A DNA stretch of 64,000 bases. Origin: an uncultured Candidatus Berkelbacteria bacterium (GTDB taxonomy: Bacteria; Patescibacteriota; UBA1384; CAILIB01). The position numbers were made by a program, and so were the translations under genes. The DNA lies in NCBI GenBank assembly GCA_903834195.1, contig CAILIB010000037.1, positions 19 to 64,018 of the forward strand. The letters are read 5' to 3'. Position 1 is the first letter of the stretch; every line of letters starts with the position of its first letter. Positions 1-6,234 of the stretch are shown piece after piece. The notes beneath the pieces were generated by a model. That model was not told the origin of the DNA. It saw only the letters and a list, made by a program, of their open reading frames with translations, and made no database searches.

Positions 1-283
1 GACGTGCTCTGCACGTCTGCTCACCCTCCCATAAAGAATAAGAATACCTAGGAGTAAATCCTAGGTATTCTTATGTAATTTATATTCCCTCTCTTAACAC
101 TGAACTCACCTTCCATAAGGTTATAAATAACGTGCGAGTAAATCCACGTTATTTATTTAGTAGTACCGTTACTATAGAGGGAAGGTGTAAACACCCTCCC
201 TCTCAACGACGTGCTCTGCACGTCTGCTCACCCTCCCATAAAGAATAAAATACCCGGAAATAAATTCCGGGTATTTTATATTG
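1..283. repeat. Tandem array of three modular intergenic units (U1 1-76, U2 77-160, U3 161-283), cut by the window edge
   Basis: 41-nt perfect direct repeat at 1-41 and 208-248. Each unit ends in a perfect 12-13 bp hairpin (40-72, 123-156, 247-277). The loops are agtaaat, cgagtaaatc and aataaat, and the stem cores are unrelated. Confidence 0.8.
247..277 (-). terminator. Hairpin H3, probable bidirectional intrinsic terminator for CDS 298-1479
   Basis: 12-bp perfect stem aaaatacccgga/tccgggtatttt with a 7-nt loop. T-rich flanks on both strands. Lies about 20 nt past the stop codon. Confidence 0.7.
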
Positions 284-297
284 TTCTGAAAAGAGTA

Positions 298-1479
298 TTA
301 GGCGGAGAAAGCAGTATTGTTTGTGGCAACAGCTTCTACAGCGGTATCAGGTCCTACAACATCTGAAACCTTTACTTCAGGAGTTTCATCAGTAACTGCT
401 GTGCTGTCTGCAGCTAACATGAGTTCATCCAAATCGCCTTGGTTTGCTTCAGCGTCCTTAATCTTGATTGCTAGCTGTTCCAAGCGAACACGAACTTTTC
501 CGAGTGTTTCGTTTATCTTTTCATCTTTTGCATCATGGGATGCAATGCGAGCTTCAAGTGCTTTTTGAAGATCGGTGTCAGTTTTGCGAGCCACCTTAAT
601 TGCTTCTTGGTTTGCAAGGAGCTTTTGTTCGAGTTCTGTGTAGCGAGTTTGTTGACGTTTAAAGAGTTCAACAACTGATGTTGCTGTTACCTCAGGAGTT
701 TTTTCAACTTCGACAGGGGCCTCGACAACCTCTTCGGCAATAGGTTCAGGAGTAACTTCAGCTGTATCTTCAGCTGCTGTGACAACTTCTGAAGCTGGTT
801 CAACAAGTTCGGTTGTTAGTACAGGATTAACCACAGCTTCTTCTACAGGAGTTACAATTTGAACTGGTATTTCAGTAGCGTCTAGTGCTGCGCGTTTTTC
901 ACCTAATTCCAATGCTGAAGCATTGCCAGGAATCTCAGTATCGACAGTTCGAATGTCAGGATCAGTAAGTTGGAATGTTACCCCTTGAAGTTCATTGGCT
1001 GGTTCTGCGTCTGTTTCAACTAAACTAGGGGGTGTGCTTAGAATATCGGCAGTCTCTGTTACTGTGCTCGCAGGTGTAAGTGGTTCGATTGTATTCATTG
1101 GGCCGGTTACATCAACCATGCTCATTCCAGAAACTTTACTTGCAGGAACGGTGAGTGTGCCGTCAGGTTGGATCGGTGATTCAAGAGTTGCTGTGGCTGG
1201 AGTACCTTCAACTTGAACAATTACAGGTAATGTACCTGTTTTTGCAACGTTAGGTGTGCCACCAGTAAGTGGAACATCAGTTGCCCAAAAGCTACTCCCT
1301 GGCATTGTAGGTGCAGCTTCTTTTGCAGGCTGTTTCTCAACGGCAGAAGGGGACATGTCAACTAACTTGGCATCAGGACTAGGTGCTGCAGGCATAGCAG
1401 TAACAGCGGGCACATCTTCTTGTGCGACGATAGTTGGTTGTGGCTCTTTAGCGAAGCCTAAGGCGGATAGTATGCCCAT
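298..1479 (-). CDS. Hypothetical acidic Pro/Thr/Val/Glu-rich protein with a C-terminal coiled-coil segment
   Basis: 393-aa uninterrupted ORF. Low-complexity acidic body. Heptad-like stretch ELFKRQQTRYTELEQKLLANQEAIK...RLEQLAIKIKDAE. No recognisable family motif. Confidence 0.55.
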   Translation of the reverse strand: MGILSALGFAKEPQPTIVAQEDVPAVTAMPAAPSPDAKLVDMSPSAVEKQPAKEAAPTMPGSSFWATDVPLTGGTPNVAKTGTLPVIVQVEGTPATATLESPIQPDGTLTVPASKVSGMSMVDVTGPMNTIEPLTPASTVTETADILSTPPSLVETDAEPANELQGVTFQLTDPDIRTVDTEIPGNASALELGEKRAALDATEIPVQIVTPVEEAVVNPVLTTELVEPASEVVTAAEDTAEVTPEPIAEEVVEAPVEVEKTPEVTATSVVELFKRQQTRYTELEQKLLANQEAIKVARKTDTDLQKALEARIASHDAKDEKINETLGKVRVRLEQLAIKIKDAEANQGDLDELMLAADSTAVTDETPEVKVSDVVGPDTAVEAVATNNTAFSA

Positions 1480-1540
1480 GGAGAGATCGTTATTCTGACG
1501 ATGATTTCTTCAAGTATATATGTATCTCAACATAAAGAAA

Positions 1541-1570
1541 AGCGCCTATTTCTAGACGCTTTTTCTCTTT
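1541..1570. terminator. Weak bidirectional terminator-like hairpin between efp and CDS 298-1479
   Basis: agcgcc/gacgct stem with one mismatch, flanked by an A-run and a T-run (ttttctcttt). Confidence 0.4.
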
Positions 1571-1582
1571 TACGTAGTTCTG

Positions 1583-2146
1583 CTACTTATTAGCTCGTTC
1601 TACGTAGGAATTTTCTTCAGTATTAACTCGGATGATATCGCCGATTTTCACGAAGAGAGGGACGGTAATAGTCGCTCCTGTCTCGAGAGTAGCAGGCTTG
1701 GAGCCGCCTTGAGCAGTGTCTCCTTTAACACCTGGTTCGGTGTGAGATACTTCAAACTCCATTTTGATTGGGAAAATAACGCTCACAGGTTTTTCTTCGT
1801 AGAAGATAATCTGGAACTCGCCGCCTTCTTTGAGGTAGCGTGATTTATCACCAACTTCTTCAGCTTTGAGGTTGAACTGTTCAAAACTGTTGTTGTCCAT
1901 GAACACATACTCGCTACCCTCTTGGTAGAGGTATTGGCACGAGTGACGTTCAAGACTCGCTTCTTCAAACTTGTCGCTTCCTTTGAACGTAATGTCGAAG
2001 AGTGCGCTGGTTTTGAGGTTACGAAGTTTGGTGCGCATTACGGCGCCGCCGCGACCCATCTTTGAGTGTTGGTAGCTGATAACAACGCAGGGATCACCTT
2101 CGTAAACGATGGTGGTGCCAGTTTTAAGATCAGTAATTCCCAACAT
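1583..2146 (-). CDS. efp: Translation elongation factor P
   Basis: 187 aa. N-terminal loop HSKMGRGGAVMRTKLRNL aligns with the EF-P KPGKG loop. Three-domain length. C-terminal VPLFVKIGDIIRVNT. Confidence 0.95.
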   Translation of the reverse strand: MLGITDLKTGTTIVYEGDPCVVISYQHSKMGRGGAVMRTKLRNLKTSALFDITFKGSDKFEEASLERHSCQYLYQEGSEYVFMDNNSFEQFNLKAEEVGDKSRYLKEGGEFQIIFYEEKPVSVIFPIKMEFEVSHTEPGVKGDTAQGGSKPATLETGATITVPLFVKIGDIIRVNTEENSYVERANK

Positions 2147-2148
2147 TC

Positions 2149-2394
2149 CTACTGCTTAACGAATGGGAGAAGGGCAAGAATACGTGCACGCTTGATAGCG
2201 GTTGCAATCATACGCTGAGTAACAGGTGCGTTACCAGAGCGCTTGCGTGATTCGATTTGACCGAATTCGTTGGTATAACGACGGATAAGTGCAAGGTTCT
2301 TGTGGTCGATTTCGAGAACCTGACGAGTAATGCTCGCGCGGCGTTTGCGCTGAACAGGGTACCCGCTTTTGGAAGGTTTGCGTGGTGCTGCCAT
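2149..2394 (-). CDS. rpsR: 30S ribosomal protein S18
   Basis: 81 aa with YKNLALIRRYTNEFGQI...RMIATAIKRARILALLPF. Sits in an rpsF-ssb-rpsR arrangement. Confidence 0.95.
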   Translation of the reverse strand: MAAPRKPSKSGYPVQRKRRASITRQVLEIDHKNLALIRRYTNEFGQIESRKRSGNAPVTQRMIATAIKRARILALLPFVKQ

Positions 2395-2403
2395 GTGGTT
2401 GGT

Positions 2404-2865
2404 TTAAAAAGGAATATCGTCGATGTTGATTTCGTCAGTCGGATTAACCGCTGGCGATGCTTTGCGTGCTGCTGGAGCTGACTGAGGCATTGAGCCCATG
2501 TCATCACCTGCACCTCCGCCGAGGTTTTTGTTTACAACATCAGGTCCGAGAATAGTATCAGCAACAATTTCTGTCTTGTACTTTTTCTGTCCGTCTGGTG
2601 CTTCCCAAGAGCGACTTTGGAGACGTCCGCTTACGAAAATGCGGTCGCCTTTGTGGAGGACTTGGTTGCAGCGTTCACCGAGGGCACCCCATACCACGAT
2701 GTCGTGGAATTCGGCTGGGGAATCTACCCAGTTACCTGCAGTATCCTTGTAGCGACGGTTAGTTGCTACTGCGAATGAGGTAACACTCTGGTTGTTCGGA
2801 GTCATGCGAAGCTCAGGATCTCGGGTAAGATTTCCGATAACTTCGATGCGGTTGAGGTTGATCAT
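2404..2865 (-). CDS. ssb: Single-stranded DNA-binding protein
   Basis: OB-fold N-terminus MINLNRIEVIGNLTRDPELR, a Gly-rich linker and the canonical acidic tail DDIPF. Confidence 0.95.
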   Translation of the reverse strand: MINLNRIEVIGNLTRDPELRMTPNNQSVTSFAVATNRRYKDTAGNWVDSPAEFHDIVVWGALGERCNQVLHKGDRIFVSGRLQSRSWEAPDGQKKYKTEIVADTILGPDVVNKNLGGGAGDDMGSMPQSAPAARKASPAVNPTDEINIDDIPF

Positions 2866-2889
2866 AGAAAGTGAGTTAGAAACGAATGG

Positions 2890-3417
2890 TTACTTGCTCT
2901 CTTCTTCCTTGAGGAGGTTGTCGAGCTGAGTATCGAGCTGAGCCAAGCGATCGGCTTCCGAAAGCTCTTCTAGATCTACTTCAATATCTTCGTGCTTTGC
3001 GGCGCGAGATGTTGTAGTACGACGAAGTTGCTCCTCAGCTGTTGCTGGTTCTTCACGATCTGAGCGACGGGTCTTCTTTTCTTCTTCAACAACAGGGTAG
3101 AGACTACCAGGTTGAGCTGAAGTGTACGCAATGGTTACCAGGGAACGGATGATGCTTTCGTCGAAACGTAGGTGGCGATCAAGGTTCTTAAGCTGGTCGG
3201 TTGGGAGTGAGAACCACATAGTAACGTACAAACCGCTACGGTTACGTGCGATTGGGTACGCGAGGTCACGACGACCCCATTGTTCGTCTTTGGTGTGAGT
3301 TCCGCCAAATTCGACGATTGCTTTTGTGATCTCGGCAGTTTTAGCTGTTGAGATCTCAGGAGTAGCAGTTTCTCCGAGGATGAACGTGAGCTCGTAGTTT
3401 TTTACAGGTGCTGACAT
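2890..3417 (-). CDS. rpsF: 30S ribosomal protein S6 with an acidic C-terminal extension
   Basis: N-terminus YELTFIL...WGRRDLAYPI is typical of S6. First gene of the rpsF-ssb-rpsR-efp string. Confidence 0.9.
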   Translation of the reverse strand: MSAPVKNYELTFILGETATPEISTAKTAEITKAIVEFGGTHTKDEQWGRRDLAYPIARNRSGLYVTMWFSLPTDQLKNLDRHLRFDESIIRSLVTIAYTSAQPGSLYPVVEEEKKTRRSDREEPATAEEQLRRTTTSRAAKHEDIEVDLEELSEADRLAQLDTQLDNLLKEEESK

Positions 3418-3540
3418 ATATATTTAGAAACGGACAACAAATAAAGTGGATTAGATAGCATCCACCAATGGCACTTCGCATAGTACCAGAAAGAGTAGCT
3501 TCCTGCAATTATCTGGTCAGGTAGTTTAGTACAAGGGGAT

Positions 3541-3548
3541 TGTATAAT
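3541..3548 (+). promoter_or_regulatory. Extended -10 promoter element (TGTATAAT)
   Basis: TG at 3541-3542 followed by consensus TATAAT at 3543-3548. No clear -35 box. Confidence 0.55.
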
Positions 3549-3554
3549 AGTGAA

Positions 3555-3677
3555 AAAGTGCTATCATCCTTTGGTGGTCCGGCGTATTCTCTTGGCGGAT
3601 CCATATCAACCTCCTGTTGAGGGGCCACTGCGGTGGCCTCTCAGCTGATCTTTCACTTGTACGCAGGTGATTTTTTT
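3555..3677 (+). ncRNA. Candidate small RNA 1 (~120 nt), identity unknown
   Basis: Starts after the extended -10. Contains a 10-bp hairpin gaggggccac-tgcg-gtggcctctc (3619-3642). Ends at an intrinsic terminator (3653-3677). No ORF. Confidence 0.45.
3653..3677 (+). terminator. Intrinsic terminator T1
   Basis: Stem tcacttg/caggtga (one G-U pair), loop tacg, then a T7 run at 3671-3677. Confidence 0.7.
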
Positions 3678-3941
3678 GTTACAAAACATACATCGGACGA
3701 CCACCTCTGATTCTGTGACCCCGACTGGATACCGCGACAAGCGCTCCTGCTGTGGATGTGTTAAGAACTATGTGGAGGGACGGCTGGCAGCCTACCTGAT
3801 ACTATCCCAAGAGTAAGTATATCGTACCGTATTCCGGAAGCAGCCTTGCTGACACTTCAAAACCTGTGTTTTTTCTAGGTTCACTAGAAATACCGGAATT
3901 CTATTTGCGGCTACTACCACCCCGGAGTGCCGCAATTTTTT
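3678..3941 (+). ncRNA. Candidate non-coding transcript 2 (read-through or independent), identity unknown
   Basis: 264 nt with no ORF longer than 10 codons. Ends at a terminator at 3905-3941. cggacgaccacc (3693-3707) is complementary to ggtggtccg (3573-3581). No promoter was identified. Confidence 0.3.
3905..3941 (+). terminator. Intrinsic terminator T2
   Basis: Stem ttgcggc/gccgcaa with a 17-nt loop, followed by a T6 run at 3936-3941. Confidence 0.6.
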
Positions 3942-3942
3942 A

Positions 3943-3971
3943 TTGCATGTGAAATTAGTTCTTGATATAAG
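3943..3971 (+). promoter_or_regulatory. Sigma70-like promoter TTGCAT-17 nt-(TGa)TATAAG
   Basis: -35 TTGCAT at 3943-3948, 17-nt spacer, TG at 3963-3964, -10 TATAAG at 3966-3971. Confidence 0.55.
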
Positions 3972-3977
3972 GGAAGG

Positions 3978-4252
3978 GATCGGTTCACACTCGTGTGATC
4001 CACTTACTCAATCAGGTACGAACTGAGCGAGCAGTGGTGATCCTGTCTTATTGGTTTGGCAGTGTATGTGTGGTGCAGTGTTTTAAGTAGGAGACTGCCG
4101 GGGAATCTGTTGGTGCATCAACTATTCCACGAAACCGTACTGAGGATGTGTACAAAACAGAAAGTGCTACGCGAAAGTATTGTGCGTGTACATTTTACCT
4201 GTTCATCCTTTGTTTCATTGGGCCCCCTCAGTGGTTGGGGGTCCTATTTTTT
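3978..4252 (+). ncRNA. Candidate structured RNA 3 (~275 nt), identity unknown
   Basis: Bounded by the promoter at 3943-3971 and the terminator at 4220-4252. Has internal stems (ggcagt 4058-4063 with actgcc; tcaca-ctcg-tgtga). ORFs in the track here have no promoter or RBS support. Confidence 0.4.
4220..4252 (+). terminator. Intrinsic terminator T3
   Basis: 8-bp stem gggccccc/gggggtcc (one G-U pair), 9-nt loop, then tatttttt. Confidence 0.75.
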
Positions 4253-4283
4253 ATGCTTAAACCTGATAATTGCACTATATACC

Positions 4284-4312
4284 TTGACAAAATGCTTGAT
4301 TTGACGTATACT
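4284..4312 (+). promoter_or_regulatory. Near-consensus sigma70 promoter TTGACA-17 nt-TATACT
   Basis: -35 TTGACA at 4284-4289, exact 17-nt spacer, -10 TATACT at 4307-4312. Lies 24 nt upstream of the ATG at 4337. Confidence 0.75.
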
Positions 4313-4336
4313 CATGTAATTTCAAAAAACAAATAT

Positions 4337-4501
4337 ATGAAAAAAACGTCAAAAACTCAAAAAGAAGTAAATCAAGTTGAAGAGCTCAATGAGCAGCGAC
4401 TTGCCTACATTGCTCGAATTAAAATGGAAGTTGGCCAGCCGGTAGATAATATCGGACATCCAGAACCATTCATTCCGCAACTACACCGCGTTACTGCCTA
4501 A
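4337..4501 (+). CDS. Hypothetical small protein (54 aa)
   Basis: Internal ATG of track ORF 4148-4501. Preceded by the consensus promoter and followed by a terminator. Sequence MKKTSKTQKEVNQVEELNEQRLAYIARIK...; no known motif and no SD. Confidence 0.45.
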   Translation: MKKTSKTQKEVNQVEELNEQRLAYIARIKMEVGQPVDNIGHPEPFIPQLHRVTA

Positions 4502-4510
4502 GTAACAGAG

Positions 4511-4539
4511 AAAATACCCCTTACTCAGGGGTATTTTTG
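4511..4539. terminator. Bidirectional intrinsic terminator shared by the small ORF and the recombinase gene
   Basis: Stem atacccct/aggggtat, loop tactc, A-run 5' and T-run 3'. Overlaps the recombinase stop codon (4521-4523). Confidence 0.8.
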
Positions 4540-5483
4540 TGTTCAATTTCCTCAAGTTTCTTACCATGGAAGCGCTCGTGTACTTCATGTAGTTGCTGGT
4601 TGGTGATGTGGGTGTAGATTTGGGTGGTTGTAATAGAAGCGTGGCCAAGTAGGGTTTGCACAGAGCGAATATCAGCACCGTTTAATAGAAGGTCAGTAGC
4701 AAATGAGTGGCGCAAGCTATGGGGAGTAATATTTTTCACAATTCCGGCGGCTCCACTGTGTTTTTGAATAATACGGTCTACTGAGCGGGGAGTGAGGCGA
4801 CTGGCCTGCAATTGGACTTTAGGGGATGGATCATCACCAACACCTTTACCGCGGTAGCCAACAAAGGCTGCGTCGTTTTCATCAACGCGGCGAGAAAAGT
4901 ACTTGTCGAGCCATTCTTTGGCACGCTCAGAAATAAACACAATCCGCTCTTTGCGACCTTTACCAACTACGCGCATTTCACCAGTGTTCGTATTGAGCAT
5001 GCGTTTATCAAGAGAGGCAAGTTCACTAACCCGTAGACCGGTAGAGAAGAGGAGCTCAATAATTGCACGATCGCGCAAACCCGTCATTGTGCTGGTATCG
5101 GGTTGTTGGAGGATATTCTCGAGTTCTTCCGGGGTGAGGTAGGATAACTCGCGGGGTTCAAGTTTGGGAAGTTCAATCTGATCTGGAGATAGGCACGGAA
5201 TGCCACGTTTAACGATATATCGGAAAAGGGAACGAAGACCGATTACATAATAGGTCTGCGTTTTTAACGTCAGCGGTTCGTTATAACCGTCTAGATAGGT
5301 ATATAGGTAGACACGATACTTGCGAATTTGTTCGGCAGTAATATCGCCGACTTCAATATCTTTTTTGAGCCACTGGGCAAAACGCTCCAAATAAAAGCGA
5401 TAGGCGACAATTGTCCGCGGTGAGCGGTTCTTTTCGACCTGGAGGTGTTCCAAAAAGTCGTTAGTAGCTGTGGAGAGTAACAT
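4521..5483 (-). CDS. Tyrosine site-specific recombinase (XerC/XerD-like)
   Basis: N-terminal SAM-like FLEHLQVEKNRSPRTIVAYRFYL. Catalytic C-terminus GLRVSEL...HSLRHSFATDLL...LLGHASITTTQIYTHI (R..HxxR..Y). Start set at Met46 of the track ORF, which has a -10 box 6 nt upstream; 5507 is an alternative start. Confidence 0.9.
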   Translation of the reverse strand: MLLSTATNDFLEHLQVEKNRSPRTIVAYRFYLERFAQWLKKDIEVGDITAEQIRKYRVYLYTYLDGYNEPLTLKTQTYYVIGLRSLFRYIVKRGIPCLSPDQIELPKLEPRELSYLTPEELENILQQPDTSTMTGLRDRAIIELLFSTGLRVSELASLDKRMLNTNTGEMRVVGKGRKERIVFISERAKEWLDKYFSRRVDENDAAFVGYRGKGVGDDPSPKVQLQASRLTPRSVDRIIQKHSGAAGIVKNITPHSLRHSFATDLLLNGADIRSVQTLLGHASITTTQIYTHITNQQLHEVHERFHGKKLEEIEHKNTPE

Positions 5484-5489
5484 GTGTCC

Positions 5490-5499
5490 ATGATACACT
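5490..5499. promoter_or_regulatory. Overlapping divergent -10 boxes for the recombinase (minus) and PAP2 (plus) genes
   Basis: Plus strand: TGaTACACT (5491-5499), 6 nt before ATG 5506. Minus strand: TATCAT (reverse complement of 5490-5495), 6 nt before the ATG at 5483. Confidence 0.5.
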
Positions 5500-5505
5500 A
5501 GAGCC

Positions 5506-6069
5506 ATGATTGCTGCAGTACAAAATCTCGACTTCTCGATTGTGAACACGTTGTCTACATATACAGTGACCCATACCTGGGCCAGTGTTTTAGTGTATGT
5601 TTGTGCTGAAATGCTCATTGCAGTGCCATTTTTAACCTTGGCATTGATGTGGTTTCAACCTGGTCGGTTTACCACCTATAGACCAATTCGCAAGGCAGTA
5701 GTAATGACGATTATGGCACTTACGGTGGCATTGGCGTTAAAGTCGTTGATTGCCTTTCTGATATCGCGGGATCGGCCATTTATTTCACACCCAGACATGC
5801 TATATCTACCATTTAAAGTAGATAGCTCTAGTTTTCCTTCTGGACATACAATCTTGGCCTTTACCATGGCCTTTAGTTTGCTTTGGTCAAAGTTTCAACG
5901 CACTGGAACTACTTTTTTGCTTATAGCGTGTATAGTAGCTTTTGCACGGGTTGCTGCGGGTGTACACTATCCTACTGATATTCTCGGAGGGATTGTTGTA
6001 GCCTTTATTGCAACTTGGTTTGTGTTTCGAGAGGCTAGTGGGGTGAGAGAGTACCTTCCTAATAAGTAG
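5506..6069 (+). CDS. PAP2-family membrane phosphatase (undecaprenyl-diphosphatase-like)
   Basis: Three PAP2 motifs: K..ISRDRPF, FPSGHT, ARVAAGVHYPTD. Multiple transmembrane segments. Confidence 0.85.
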   Translation: MIAAVQNLDFSIVNTLSTYTVTHTWASVLVYVCAEMLIAVPFLTLALMWFQPGRFTTYRPIRKAVVMTIMALTVALALKSLIAFLISRDRPFISHPDMLYLPFKVDSSSFPSGHTILAFTMAFSLLWSKFQRTGTTFLLIACIVAFARVAAGVHYPTDILGGIVVAFIATWFVFREASGVREYLPNK

Positions 6070-6073
6070 TTTC

Positions 6074-6195
6074 CAGACTGTAAGGCTTGGCGTCTTTCTG
6101 TGTTAGAATCTCCGCTCTTCCCTCAACGCACCAGTAAGTACGCCTCAGTCAGATACTCGATTCTGCCTTGAAATACGCATAAGCCTTACAGTCTG
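6074..6195 (+). repeat. Stem-enclosed intergenic element A (member of the CTCAACG-hairpin repeat family)
   Basis: 15-bp perfect inverted repeat cagactgtaaggctt (6074-6088) / aagccttacagtctg (6181-6195). The core at 6122-6174 matches 29682-29733 at 42 of 53 aligned positions. Confidence 0.8.
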
Positions 6196-6234
6196 CAGAT
6201 TTTTATAAATTGAAATAACAGAGTAACGACAGAA

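Noticed and set aside
153-221. Minus-strand micro-ORF: GTG start, 22 codons (MQSTSLRGRVFTPSLYSNGTTK), preceded by GGGAGGG.
   Set aside because: The start codon lies inside a stable hairpin and the stop lies inside another. The second unit gives only a 6-codon ORF, so the reading frame is not conserved between units. The evidence is insufficient to call a gene.
1-248. Possible CRISPR array, suggested by the perfect 41-nt direct repeat at 1-41 and 208-248.
   Set aside because: Only two copies are visible. The spacing is 166 nt and contains a third, degenerate unit. The repeats belong to larger modular units with their own hairpins, and no cas genes are nearby. It is better described as a tandem structured repeat.
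3541-4252. Assigning the ncRNA candidates to tmRNA, RNase P RNA, SRP RNA or a cobalamin riboswitch.
   Set aside because: By eye, neither strand has the tmRNA 5' GGGG..TTCGAC or T-arm/CCACCA end, the RNase P GAGGAAAGTCC or ACAGAA..CGGCTTA blocks, the SRP GGAAGGAAGCAGC motif, or a convincing B12 box. Only partial look-alikes are present (aggagactgccgggg, tccggaagcagcc, acagaaagtgc). Identity is left open pending a covariance-model search.
4056-4336. Track ORFs 4056-4304 (82 aa) and the upstream part of 4148-4501.
   Set aside because: They run through an intrinsic terminator (4220-4252) and a consensus promoter (4284-4312). Only the segment after the promoter (ATG at 4337) is plausible.
4521-5618. 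An integrated prophage or mobile element, inferred from the tyrosine recombinase.
   Set aside because: No phage, transposase or conjugation genes flank it. The protein has the XerC/XerD-type N-terminal domain and catalytic motifs. I saw no flanking direct repeats. A remnant-element origin for the adjacent ncRNA island remains only a hypothesis.
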